From positions 1 through 35,199 of IMG/VR virus record IMGVR_UViG_3300035548_000056: 35,199 nucleotides of DNA. One strand, written 5' to 3'. The notes beneath the pieces were generated by a model that did not search any database, was not told the origin of the DNA, and was given only the letters and a program-made list of their open reading frames with translations. The position numbers and the translations under genes were made by a program. This document shows, one piece after another, positions 25,994-35,199 of the stretch. This DNA is from a virus (taxonomy: Duplodnaviria > Caudoviricetes). The stretch's first letter is position 1, and each line of letters opens with the position of its first letter.

Positions 25994-27670
25994 ATGGGGC
26001 AAGAGTTTAAGAAAATCTATGTAATACAAAAAAATGATGAAGATATCTATGACATCGAGGGTATTGCAACGGAATATGGAATAGTTGATAAATCGGGCGA
26101 AATAATGGTAGAAGGTGCCTTTGACAATGATATTGGTAAAGTGATACCAGTTTATGTCATGCACGAAGGTGTATCCTCTACTGTAGGGACTGTACAATTG
26201 AGCAAAGGTCCTGGAAAAGTACTTGTGAAAGGCCGTTTATTTGACAATGACCTTGGTAAAACCATTGCACTTGCTAAAAATGCAGGGGTAAAGTATAATC
26301 TAAGTATAGGCGGGAATAGAATAGAATACGGCTGGGTAGAAAACAACGGGAAAGAGTATCTTGAAACTAGAAAAGGTACAATCTCTGAGGTTAGCATAAC
26401 GCCCGAAAACGAGCAGGTACATCCAAGTGCTGTGGTCACAAAATCATTAAAAGAGGGGGAAAAGATGAACGAAGAAATACTAAAAGCTATAAAAGGGCTT
26501 GCTGAAAGAATGGACAAGGCCGAGGATGGACAAGCAGAAAAAGAAGAGATGCAAAAAATGAAGGTTGAAATTGCAGATTTGAAACTTGAAAAATCAGAAG
26601 GCCTTGAAAAGAGTGCTAAGTTAGAAGAAAGATTAAACTCATTCGTTGCAGTAGTCGAGAAAATGGACAAAACAATGAACGAAATATCGGCTCCAGGAAA
26701 CTTTGAAGGTGGGATTAATAAATCTATGCAAGAGGAGTACGAAAAGTTTGAGAAAGCACTTCATAATAAAGCCCTAGAAGGTCAAGAGTTCGCAAAGGCT
26801 ATGGATTCTACACAAGGGGCAGCGCTTATCCCAGAATTGTTAGCGAATGAAATTATCAAAGACTTGAAAGTAGCTTCACCTTTCTACGCAGACTCTAAAA
26901 TCTACAGAGGTTCTGGGAAATCTCTAGAAGTACCAATCAGGGCTTCATGGACTAACACAGTTGAAGCGGTAGCAGAAGGCTCTGGAGTAGTTACAAAAGG
27001 GACTCCTGACTTCACCGCTAGATTAGAAATCACAGCAGGGGTATTACAATCAGAAATACCAGTTACTGACGAAATGAGAGACGATTCAGCATTCCCAATA
27101 GACCAAGAAATTAGAGAGATAGCTACAGAGGATTTTGCGGAAACTCTGTCAACTCAGATTCTTAGTGGAACTGGTTCTGGCGAGTATAAGTTTGAAGGTA
27201 TCCTAACTAATGCAACTCTAATCGCTAATGCACTAGCAACAGAGTCAGCCTCTAAAGTAACAGCAGACGACCTTCTAAATATGGAAACTGAGATTAAAAA
27301 ACAATATAGAAGCGGAATGGCAAAATACTATGTTTCTACTGACCTTTACAGAGAGATGAAGAAATTCAAAGGTTCAGATGGGCAGTATCTATGGCAGGCC
27401 CCGGTTGCAAGTGGAGCACCTTCTACTTTCAACGGATACCCAGTTGTAGAGTGCGAGGACATGGCAGACATTGCAGATGGAGCATACCCTTGCTTCTTTG
27501 GAGACCTAACTAAAGGTTATGCGATCTTTGAAAGAGTAGGGATGGAAACAGAGATGGACAGGCTTGCATCTAACAGAATGTGGAACCACATTACCAGAAT
27601 GAGAGTCGGAGGTAAAGTAAGAAACTCAAACGCTCTTGTACTTTTAGAAGTAACAGCAGCCAAAATATAA
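25994..27670 (+). CDS. prohead protease fused to HK97-fold major capsid protein
   Basis: D..GE...GAF, H, LSIG and EVS in the N-terminus; G.LIPE, G.G...F.GI, K..DGQYLWQ, G.PV and FGD in the C-terminus. Confidence 0.93.
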   Translation: MGQEFKKIYVIQKNDEDIYDIEGIATEYGIVDKSGEIMVEGAFDNDIGKVIPVYVMHEGVSSTVGTVQLSKGPGKVLVKGRLFDNDLGKTIALAKNAGVKYNLSIGGNRIEYGWVENNGKEYLETRKGTISEVSITPENEQVHPSAVVTKSLKEGEKMNEEILKAIKGLAERMDKAEDGQAEKEEMQKMKVEIADLKLEKSEGLEKSAKLEERLNSFVAVVEKMDKTMNEISAPGNFEGGINKSMQEEYEKFEKALHNKALEGQEFAKAMDSTQGAALIPELLANEIIKDLKVASPFYADSKIYRGSGKSLEVPIRASWTNTVEAVAEGSGVVTKGTPDFTARLEITAGVLQSEIPVTDEMRDDSAFPIDQEIREIATEDFAETLSTQILSGTGSGEYKFEGILTNATLIANALATESASKVTADDLLNMETEIKKQYRSGMAKYYVSTDLYREMKKFKGSDGQYLWQAPVASGAPSTFNGYPVVECEDMADIADGAYPCFFGDLTKGYAIFERVGMETEMDRLASNRMWNHITRMRVGGKVRNSNALVLLEVTAAKI

Positions 27671-27675
27671 AATAG

Positions 27676-27704
27676 AATAGGGGGGTTTATGTCCCTCTAT
27701 TTTT
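27676..27704 (+). terminator. probable intrinsic terminator after the capsid gene
   Basis: atagggggg...ccctctat + Ts. Confidence 0.65.
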
Positions 27705-27720
27705 ATAAAGAAGGTGGGAT

Positions 27721-28287
27721 ATGTCAAATTTATTAACGGATTTAAGCACTGATATAAATGAAATACTAGGCGAAACTGTATCTGATTTGTGGCTGGAGAT
27801 AGCCTGGGAAATGTTGGTGAGTGAATTAGGGTATGATCCAAGCTATGGAGAAAAGACAGACGAAACAGTCGGAACAGGCGATAAGATAGTATATTTACAG
27901 AAAAGGCCTGTAAAAGAAATAACCTCTGTATATATTAATGGTGTTTTAAAAGACACAGATGAGTTTTCAGTGTATAAAGAGAGGGCCTGTAAGTATAAAG
28001 AAGGTATTTTCCAACAAGGGCGAATTAAAAACTACAAAAGGACTCTAAGTAATTTCAAGAATGATGACGAAATAGAAATAACTTATAATGCTGGTTATAC
28101 ATCTGACGAGTTCCCAAAAGATTTATTATTTCTAGTATGCGACATGATAAAAACTAGCGGTATGATAGCTGATGGAAGTGCCAATCTTAAAAGTTATAGT
28201 ATATCTGATATTTCATACAGTTTTAGAGATTACACAGAAACTAATTCACGTTGGAATAACACACTTGATAAATATAGAAGCCCTTAG
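27721..28287 (+). CDS. head-tail connector / adaptor
   Basis: L..RPV.EI.SV and ITY.AGY....P.DL; follows the capsid gene. Confidence 0.8.
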   Translation: MSNLLTDLSTDINEILGETVSDLWLEIAWEMLVSELGYDPSYGEKTDETVGTGDKIVYLQKRPVKEITSVYINGVLKDTDEFSVYKERACKYKEGIFQQGRIKNYKRTLSNFKNDDEIEITYNAGYTSDEFPKDLLFLVCDMIKTSGMIADGSANLKSYSISDISYSFRDYTETNSRWNNTLDKYRSP

Positions 28288-28311
28288 AAACGATATAAGG
28301 CGGTAGAAATT

Positions 28312-28779
28312 ATGGTGAGAATCACACGAAAAACTCCTAAACTTGACAAGTTACAGAAGGAGGTTAAATATCTCTCCAAACATGGCGTGAAGGTTGGGGT
28401 GTTTGGTAGTAAGGCAGAGCAGGAGCAAGACGGGGTAAAAATATACGAATATGCTTTATATTTGAACTTTGGAACTGTTTTCATGCCGGAAAGACCTTTC
28501 TTTGATAAAGCAGTGAAGCATAAAAGTGGTAGGAATTTAATAATAGCAGAGCAAAAAGAAATATTAAGACTGGTTTACAATGGAACTTTAACGGGTAAGC
28601 AAGGATTGACACAACTAGGGATCTTCATAAAACAACAGATTCAAGAACAAATTATGTCAAATGACTTTGCACCTCTGAAAGCTAAAACAATAAAATATAA
28701 AGAGAAGAACAAGGGAAACATTCTCAGAGAAAATGATTTTCTTCTGAATAGTATCAATTATGAAATAGTTAGGATATAA
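28312..28779 (+). CDS. neck / tail completion protein
   Basis: V.VG, A...NFGT..MPERPF and L.NSI.YE. Confidence 0.75.
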   Translation: MVRITRKTPKLDKLQKEVKYLSKHGVKVGVFGSKAEQEQDGVKIYEYALYLNFGTVFMPERPFFDKAVKHKSGRNLIIAEQKEILRLVYNGTLTGKQGLTQLGIFIKQQIQEQIMSNDFAPLKAKTIKYKEKNKGNILRENDFLLNSINYEIVRI

Positions 28780-28789
28780 GGAGGTAGGT

Positions 28790-29128
28790 ATGATTAAAAT
28801 TAAGCCTATCCTCTATGGCGAGTTTATAGACGTTAATGTTTATAGCTCGGCTGAATGGATAGATGGAGTATTGACACAAGGCACGTTACAATCTGTAGGT
28901 AGTGCTATAGTAATGCCCTGGAATACAAACAAAGATAAAGAGTATATACAGGCTGGGAGCTATACTGTAGATGATAGGAAAGCATATAGTTATGACAAGC
29001 TACATGAAAGCTCTGAAGTCCGTGAAGTTGTTATTGGTGGCGTGTATTATAAGTTACAATATATCAAGGAATATAACGAATCAAGCGGTTACTTTTACGG
29101 GCTTAAAAAGTTTGAGAAGGTGGTATAA
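28790..29128 (+). CDS. putative head-closure protein
   Basis: Size and position; W.DG start. Confidence 0.55.
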   Translation: MIKIKPILYGEFIDVNVYSSAEWIDGVLTQGTLQSVGSAIVMPWNTNKDKEYIQAGSYTVDDRKAYSYDKLHESSEVREVVIGGVYYKLQYIKEYNESSGYFYGLKKFEKVV

Positions 29129-29646
29129 TGGCGAGTGTATCAGGTTTTATAAGTATCTTGAATAGTAAGTTTGCAGGTGAAACCTTTCAAATTATACCAG
29201 CTTATTCTTTTGAGAGTTTACCTTCTACACCTTTTGCAACTTGGAGGGTGTCAGAGGCTCCTAGTGAGATTATGTATCGTTTAGATGGACGAACAGAGGA
29301 CGCAGTGAACAACGTGGTTATAGACAAGGCTAACTTTTACGAGCAAGCAAATATAAGTTTAAGGGTATATTCTTACAATAAGGAAGAAGCCTTTGAATAT
29401 GCTAGAAAATTATTATACGGTATAAAATTTCAATGGAAATATGGTATAATTATAGAGGGATATGGAATAATATCATGTGAAAGAGCCGGAGAACTGCCTG
29501 AGAAGCTAGATGAACAGTATTTGCAGTGCTACGTTGTGAATGTAGTAGTTGATTTTAATAATGAAGTTGAAAGGAATATTGACTATCTAGAAGAGGTTGA
29601 TTTGACCGGAGATGTAGAAAAAACAATTACAATAAAGGAGGGTTAA
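29128..29646 (+). CDS. putative tail terminator protein
   Basis: P..PFATW; directly before the sheath gene. Confidence 0.6.
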   Translation: MASVSGFISILNSKFAGETFQIIPAYSFESLPSTPFATWRVSEAPSEIMYRLDGRTEDAVNNVVIDKANFYEQANISLRVYSYNKEEAFEYARKLLYGIKFQWKYGIIIEGYGIISCERAGELPEKLDEQYLQCYVVNVVVDFNNEVERNIDYLEEVDLTGDVEKTITIKEG

Positions 29647-30813
29647 ATGAGTTTAAAAGTAGCTATTAACAATTTTAACAGGGTAGCTTCCAACATAGAG
29701 ATAGAGTCACTGTTAAGCAACGAAGCTATGAACGCAGTAACTTTTATTTCTACAGTTGGAGCTATAGATACACAAGCTTTTGCTGGATCAGTAACAAAAG
29801 CAGAACTAACAAGCACTTTGGGGGCTGGTGATCTAGTAGAAAAAATAGATATGTCACTAGGGCAAAGCACTGCAGGAGGTACTTCTATATTGCCAGAAGA
29901 GTTCTACGTTTCAGGAACTGTATTGGCTGCTACTCCTGGAGCTGTCACTGAGCAAGAAAAAGAGGACTTCTTGGCATACTTAGATCAAGTCTTATATGAC
30001 GTAACAGTCATCAATGATAGACAATTTACTTGCTTAGTATTTGATGATCTAACAGACATAATCGGAGATGAGGATTTCATACTTGAAATAAACTCTAAAC
30101 TTGCGTCTTGGTTCTCTGTGGCTTTTGTAAAAGCTAACGAGATTACAGATATAACTGATACTATGAGAGACGAGTGCACAAACATATATTTTATCCAGAG
30201 CTATGAAGAGTCTGAGGGCGTATTTGAAGATTATGCAGATGGGGCACTTGCTGGGCGTATAATTTACCAAGGTGTAGGAAATACTCAAGGGGTAGCCAAG
30301 GAGCTTACAGGGATAACAGCTTATAAACCTTCGTTTGTAGGTGGAGAAGTTGGAAAAATGTCAACTACAGAAGCGGCGGCCTGGATAACTGCAGGATTTA
30401 ACATTTACACAAGATATATAAATAATAAAAATGAAACCTCTGGGGTAGTTTCGCCAGTTGGGGAAGACTTTACAAACATTTGGGCCTTGTATAAAGTAAG
30501 TTCTGATCTTTCACAAGACTTGCACGATCTAAGACACAATGAGGAAGTCCTAACAGTTCAAGATGAGGGTACCGTAAGGGCGGCAATAGTTGACAGGATG
30601 GCAAAGTTAAAAAGGCCAGTGTCACAAGGTGGGCTTGGAATAATCTACGACTATAAAGTGACATCTGCAAACTTAGATTATACATTAGAAAGCAATCAAG
30701 GAAGGTTTGGGTTTAACGTTGAAGTAAGCTTATTCCAAGAAGGTAAAAACTTTACACTTAATATCACAGGTTACAAAGACTTAACACAATTTGATATCGA
30801 ACAAGCTGCTTAA
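29647..30813 (+). CDS. putative tail sheath protein
   Basis: 388 aa; K.L.G, G.N.Y and G....GE.F patterns; position before tube; baseplate J present. Confidence 0.7.
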   Translation: MSLKVAINNFNRVASNIEIESLLSNEAMNAVTFISTVGAIDTQAFAGSVTKAELTSTLGAGDLVEKIDMSLGQSTAGGTSILPEEFYVSGTVLAATPGAVTEQEKEDFLAYLDQVLYDVTVINDRQFTCLVFDDLTDIIGDEDFILEINSKLASWFSVAFVKANEITDITDTMRDECTNIYFIQSYEESEGVFEDYADGALAGRIIYQGVGNTQGVAKELTGITAYKPSFVGGEVGKMSTTEAAAWITAGFNIYTRYINNKNETSGVVSPVGEDFTNIWALYKVSSDLSQDLHDLRHNEEVLTVQDEGTVRAAIVDRMAKLKRPVSQGGLGIIYDYKVTSANLDYTLESNQGRFGFNVEVSLFQEGKNFTLNITGYKDLTQFDIEQAA

Positions 30814-30825
30814 AAGGAGGTTTAA

Positions 30826-31248
30826 ATGGCTGTACATAGAAATATAGAAAATTTATCAATTAGAATAGTTCCACAGGATGATTCATACTCAGCAAGGACT
30901 ATATTATCGGATAACTTGCTAAACTGGGATCCAGGAGCTCAACCAGAACAAACCACGCTAGGAGATACACCAGCTATAAATGGAGAAGTACCTTCTATGA
31001 CTAGAAGAAACTATTCACGGACTGGAAGCATGACTGTGCTAGTAGGTTCAAGTGACGAGGCGTACATAGATACATTATGTCAGAACGCTGTAGAGTGTAA
31101 TATAACAGTTATTGATGACTCGTCGAGTAACTACGGAAAAGAAACTACAGGCTCTAGGGTGTTCTTTGAAGAACCGGAAGATCCTTATGATGGGACCTCA
31201 AGAGATTTCATAGTTAAAATTGGTAAATATACTAAAAAGAGGGTGTAA
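30826..31248 (+). CDS. putative tail tube protein
   Basis: 140 aa between sheath and chaperone. Confidence 0.65.
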   Translation: MAVHRNIENLSIRIVPQDDSYSARTILSDNLLNWDPGAQPEQTTLGDTPAINGEVPSMTRRNYSRTGSMTVLVGSSDEAYIDTLCQNAVECNITVIDDSSSNYGKETTGSRVFFEEPEDPYDGTSRDFIVKIGKYTKKRV

Positions 31249-31572
31249 TTGATGGAAAATAAGTTTTTATATGACGTTTACGACCACGAAATGAAAACTT
31301 TTAGAGACTACGAGGTAGAGATACAAAACATGGACAATTTCATATATAATGATATGCAGGCTGATCTAGTGAAAAAGACAGACACCAAGGCATATTATGA
31401 GAAATATTTGAAAAACATGGTGTTAAAACCTTCTGAGTTTAGAGATATAAACTTTTGGAGAAACGACTTTGAAGGGTTAGAAGGCCTAATTGCTATACTT
31501 GACACTTATCAAGCATCTTTTATGAAGAGGTCAGAGAAAAGAAAAGGTTTCAGGACAATAAAGCAAGACTAG
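31249..31572 (+). CDS. tail assembly chaperone (G-like)
   Basis: Position between tube and tape measure. Confidence 0.65.
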   Translation: MMENKFLYDVYDHEMKTFRDYEVEIQNMDNFIYNDMQADLVKKTDTKAYYEKYLKNMVLKPSEFRDINFWRNDFEGLEGLIAILDTYQASFMKRSEKRKGFRTIKQD

Positions 31573-31841
31573 AAGCCAAAAAATTAAATAATGATACTGA
31601 TAGGTTGTTAAGATGGGCTTTGTTCGAGGATTTAAGTTATTTAGGGGTAAAAATCCCGATCACTTATATTTTGGGATGTGAAGTCCATCTTTTTTATGAG
31701 ATGATTTACAGGTATCAAGATTCTTTGACCTCGATAAAGCTTATGAAGTGGGACAGTGCATCTAAAAAAGAAGTTGTGGACGATAGAAACAGCAGAAAAA
31801 GACAAAATATGTGGTTAGAGGTGGTGAATGATGGCAGATGA
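31545..31841 (+). CDS. tail assembly chaperone extension (T-like), probably reached by -1 frameshift
   Basis: The -1 frame is open 31503-31841 and has a weak start of its own; A-GGT-TTC at 31545-31551. Confidence 0.55.
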   Translation, partial: RFQDNKARLEAKKLNNDTDRLLRWALFEDLSYLGVKIPITYILGCEVHLFYEMIYRYQDSLTSIKLMKWDSASKKEVVDDRNSRKRQNMWLEVVNDGR

Positions 31842-33642
31842 TAGATTAATCGTCGAAGGCCAACTGAAGTTTGAAAATCAACCTTTCAGACCTTTTGAAA
31901 ATGCAGTGAAAAAGACTAGTAATTTCATAAAAAAACTAGAAGGAAGTACGAAAAAATTACAAGCTACTTCTACACAAACGAGTAAAAAGTTAAATAAAAT
32001 GTTAGATGATTACAATAACAGAGGTAAGAAATCCCAAAGTGTGACTGGGAAACTTATAAAAGGTATAGGTGGGTTGGCGGCCGCTTATATTGGAGTATCA
32101 AAGGCTTTTGAAACTGTAAACTTAGCATCTGAAATGACAGAAACACAAAATAAATTAAATGTTGTATTCGGTAAAATGGCTGGGGATGCTAACAAGTGGG
32201 CTGAAGAATACTCAAACTCAATGGGATTCTCTGTTATGAAAACTAAAGAAGGCATGGGAGATATACAAAACTTGTTTACTGGCTTTGGTATGGCTAGAGA
32301 TGTATCTTTTGGCCTCACTAAAGAGATAGTTAAATTGGCTAATGATTTGGACAGCTTCAATAATCTGTCTGCTAAAGGTGTGAATGTTCAGAAAACTATG
32401 ATATCGGCCTTGATGGGAGAAACAGAAGCTGCAAAGACTTTGGGGGCTTCTATACTTGAAACTAACTTGAACACGGCAGCAGCTGAAATGGGGCTTGGGA
32501 AATATTCCGCCAAAATGGATGAAGCTACAAAGATACAAATTAGACTTCACGCCATACAGATGCAGTCTAAAGACGCTATGGGAGACGTTGCAAGGAACCT
32601 TGAAACAGAAGTAGGGCTCAGAAGAAGGCTAAACGCTCAGATTGAAAATAATAAAATTGCAATAGGTAACAAATTAATGCCCGTATGGATGAAACTATTA
32701 AAAACTGGAATAAATGTATCAAATAGCATAACTGAAAATATAGATAAGTTTGATACTTTCGCTAAGGCTATAAGTGGAGTATTTGATATAGGGAATAAGT
32801 TTGTTGAGATGATGACAGGGGCATCTTTCCAAGCTAGAGCCTTACAAGTGGTCGTAGGAGCGCTTACAGGGGCCTTCTTGACCTATAAAGCAGTAGCTTT
32901 AGGGGTATTCTTGATAGAAAAGGCACGTGCTGGGTATAAGGCAGCAGTTGAGATACCTTTATTTTTCAAAGAAAACTTAATGATTATAAAAAATACAGGT
33001 CTTTTAGTAGCTCAGAAAGTAGCTTTAGGTGCTAGTTATGTGGCTTCTAAGCTTTTCACAGCTGGACAATGGGCTTTGAATCTAGCTTTAAATGCCAATC
33101 CTATAGGTTTGGTAATTGCTGGAGTAGCTTTATTAGGTGGGGCCTTTATGCTTGCTTATAAAAAGATAGAGCCGTTTAAAAATTTCATAGATTCCATATG
33201 GGAAAAGTTAAAAAATAGTGCTTTTGCTAAAGTAGTTGGGAAGCTAATGGGTGGTGGTGAGTCTACTGTAACATCTGTTAACAAAACTATACCTCAATAT
33301 GCTAATGGTACGAGCAATCATCCAGGTGGTATGGCTTTAGTAGGCGAACAAGGGCCGGAGTTGATAAACCTACCTAGAGGGTCGAGTGTAACCAACAATA
33401 CTAAAACCAACTCTTTTTTTGAGAGTGGCCCAGAACTTGTAAATCTACCTAGAGGGTCCAATACTACTAATAACACTACAACTAATAAAATTGGCGGAAA
33501 CTCTATCTCTGTACAAGGCGACAGCATAAGTATAAATATTAGCGGTGGTGGTAGTCCAATCGATATTTGGGAACAGATAAAGCCTAAACTAGATCAATAT
33601 AACAGAAGAAAAAGGGAAAGATTAATAGCTTCATTGACATAA
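31828..33642 (+). CDS. tape measure protein
   Basis: 604 aa, helical Ala/Gly-rich; LNANPIGL.I and YA.GT.....G.ALVGE.GPEL. Confidence 0.92.
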   Translation: MMADDRLIVEGQLKFENQPFRPFENAVKKTSNFIKKLEGSTKKLQATSTQTSKKLNKMLDDYNNRGKKSQSVTGKLIKGIGGLAAAYIGVSKAFETVNLASEMTETQNKLNVVFGKMAGDANKWAEEYSNSMGFSVMKTKEGMGDIQNLFTGFGMARDVSFGLTKEIVKLANDLDSFNNLSAKGVNVQKTMISALMGETEAAKTLGASILETNLNTAAAEMGLGKYSAKMDEATKIQIRLHAIQMQSKDAMGDVARNLETEVGLRRRLNAQIENNKIAIGNKLMPVWMKLLKTGINVSNSITENIDKFDTFAKAISGVFDIGNKFVEMMTGASFQARALQVVVGALTGAFLTYKAVALGVFLIEKARAGYKAAVEIPLFFKENLMIIKNTGLLVAQKVALGASYVASKLFTAGQWALNLALNANPIGLVIAGVALLGGAFMLAYKKIEPFKNFIDSIWEKLKNSAFAKVVGKLMGGGESTVTSVNKTIPQYANGTSNHPGGMALVGEQGPELINLPRGSSVTNNTKTNSFFESGPELVNLPRGSNTTNNTTTNKIGGNSISVQGDSISINISGGGSPIDIWEQIKPKLDQYNRRKRERLIASLT

Positions 33643-33666
33643 AAAAAGGGGCGTAAAGCCCCTTTT
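33641..33666 (+). terminator. intrinsic terminator
   Basis: aaaagggg-cgtaaag-cccctttt. Confidence 0.75.
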
Positions 33667-33696
33667 GTATAGTATAATATAACTAGGAGGTGCACA

Positions 33697-34509
33697 ATGA
33701 GTATACTAAGTACAATAAATAAATTAGACAAATATAGAGATCAAATACCAGATATTACAGATGTATCTGAGCTACAGGAGATTATATCATCCTGTAAAGA
33801 CCTAACAGAGGCATATTCTTACGATTTAAAAGGTATCCCTTACAAGTTTCAACGATGGTATGATTATTTAAATAACATTGATTTTTTTACTCAGAATACC
33901 GATAATGAAACTTTATATCGTGATATATTAGTCGATTCAGTAAAAGAAGGAAGTGTATCTGCTATAGACGACACAGAGGAACTTATGAGAGACAAATTGA
34001 AAGAGCTAGACGATAATAGCGACAGTGTAACAAGTAGCGAGGCGTCGTATTATATAGGGGATGTGGAAGTCGATTACTTAATAACTCCGAATCCTAGTTA
34101 CTCAGCTAGTGCGGTAAGTACTCCGATAGTCACTGATGAGCTACAAGACACACTCAATGAGGATGTAGAAGTAAATAACACGACTATCTCAACTACTATA
34201 GTTCTAGAAGGCGACGATATAAGCGACCGTTTGAGTGCATTAGTTACTTACATGAATAGTAAAAGCAGAATTAAGCTTATATTTGATGAGGTTTACAACA
34301 GCGTTGTTATAACTAGTATAAATCCTGTAAAAGATGGGTCTATAAACTCAATAAAAATAGGTATTTCTTTTGAAAATATATTTGTAGCAACTACTCAAGT
34401 TACAAAAGTTCCTTCTAGTTCCTTCTCTACTTCTGAAAAGTCAGTAACAAGTTCAGGGAAGCAAGGAACAAAATCAGTCAGTAGGCAGACAGGAACACAA
34501 GAATTTTAA
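33697..34509 (+). CDS. putative baseplate / tube initiator protein
   Basis: Position after tape measure; AGGAGG RBS. Confidence 0.55.
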   Translation: MSILSTINKLDKYRDQIPDITDVSELQEIISSCKDLTEAYSYDLKGIPYKFQRWYDYLNNIDFFTQNTDNETLYRDILVDSVKEGSVSAIDDTEELMRDKLKELDDNSDSVTSSEASYYIGDVEVDYLITPNPSYSASAVSTPIVTDELQDTLNEDVEVNNTTISTTIVLEGDDISDRLSALVTYMNSKSRIKLIFDEVYNSVVITSINPVKDGSINSIKIGISFENIFVATTQVTKVPSSSFSTSEKSVTSSGKQGTKSVSRQTGTQEF

Positions 34510-34523
34510 AGGGGGGGTGAACA

Positions 34524-34901
34524 ATGGCGAGGTTTTACAGTAAAATACCTGAAAAATATATTGAAATTAAAAAAGATAATATTCCTTATGAGTTCACACT
34601 AGATAACATTTATTACTGGGAAATAAGGTACAATACTTATGAGGACAGATTCAGATTTATTTTGTACGACAGATCATACGACGAAAACGACGGTAAAGGG
34701 CGCGTGTTAGGTGATGGAGAAGAAAAAGCAGTCTTAGACTTCCCTTTGTTTTTCATATTCAACTCTGATTCAGATGGTGGTAGAAATGATGCTTACCCTT
34801 CTTATGACTTAATACCTCGTAGTATTGATGGATTAGAGTATGAAGTGAACTGGGATAACTTGGGAGAGACTATATTTATAGAGGTGGATGGTGATATATA
34901 A
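34524..34901 (+). CDS. putative baseplate plug protein
   Basis: I.K..IPY.F, .RYN...D.F and V..DNLG.T.F patterns; position. Confidence 0.6.
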   Translation: MARFYSKIPEKYIEIKKDNIPYEFTLDNIYYWEIRYNTYEDRFRFILYDRSYDENDGKGRVLGDGEEKAVLDFPLFFIFNSDSDGGRNDAYPSYDLIPRSIDGLEYEVNWDNLGETIFIEVDGDI

Positions 34902-35199
34902 TGGTGTTGTTTGATAGAGCGGCTGAACTAGTTCTCTCTAATGGATATACATACTCTATAGAGAATGGGGCACGTTTTAGGTTTGATTATTCGACCACAG
35001 GAGAAGAAAGTTTACCTACCTTTACAATTACTTTATTAAATCTTTCTAGGGGTCTAAGAGAGCAAATTACAGAGGGCACAGAAGCAACTTTCAATATCGG
35101 TTATGGCAGCCAATTAGGAGAGTTGGTAAGTGGAGTTATAAAAAATATAGAAATGGATACTAAAACAATTACATTCGATATAATGTCATCCCATGAAAC
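34901..35199 (+). CDS. 5' part of putative baseplate hub protein (continues to 611)
   Basis: ATG 34901 coupled to the upstream TAA; frame open to the window end. Confidence 0.7.
   Translation, partial: MVLFDRAAELVLSNGYTYSIENGARFRFDYSTTGEESLPTFTITLLNLSRGLREQITEGTEATFNIGYGSQLGELVSGVIKNIEMDTKTITFDIMSSHE
35073..35199. repeat. 127-bp terminal direct repeat (copy 2)
   Basis: Identical to 1-127. Confidence 0.95.

Noticed and set aside
25598-26670. Long antisense ORFs (199 aa, 172 aa) and similar shadow ORFs elsewhere
   Set aside because: They lie opposite well-supported genes and have no RBS or motifs
35073-35199. 127-bp terminal repeat as a biological DTR or att site
   Set aside because: It lies mid-gene and 127 is a common assembler k-mer length; it indicates circular assembly only

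Overview
The window is almost certainly a complete, circularly assembled ~35,072-bp low-GC tailed phage with a contractile tail; bases 1-127 are repeated at 35073-35199. Layout: baseplate and tail fibre (1-5600); a leftward early operon (Sak3-like annealase, SSB, Gp157, dUTPase, GH24 lysozyme, many small or decayed ORFs); a divergent promoter with a single Cro-like HTH; a rightward operon (primase-SF2 helicase fusion, RuvC-like resolvase, accessory ORFs); a ~185-bp AT-rich palindrome; a captured Dam methylase with a truncated endonuclease; a holin-like gene; a second fibre-like gene; then terS, terL, portal, protease-capsid fusion, neck, sheath, tube, tape measure and baseplate genes. I see no integrase, CI-like repressor or reverse transcriptase. 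Three things stand out. (1) Eleven copies of an 18-bp ATAAA-N8-TTTAT site mark the boundaries of accessory genes and of both fibre-tip modules, and their asymmetric spacers fall into matched classes in a fixed order. This suggests a spacer-addressed site-specific cassette-exchange system. (2) One of those cassettes carries an apparent DGR variable region with its downstream hairpin, although the genome has no RT or template repeat. (3) An ORF-less 272-nt group I intron splits the terL nuclease motif. All product calls come from motif recognition by eye and gene order; no database searches were run.
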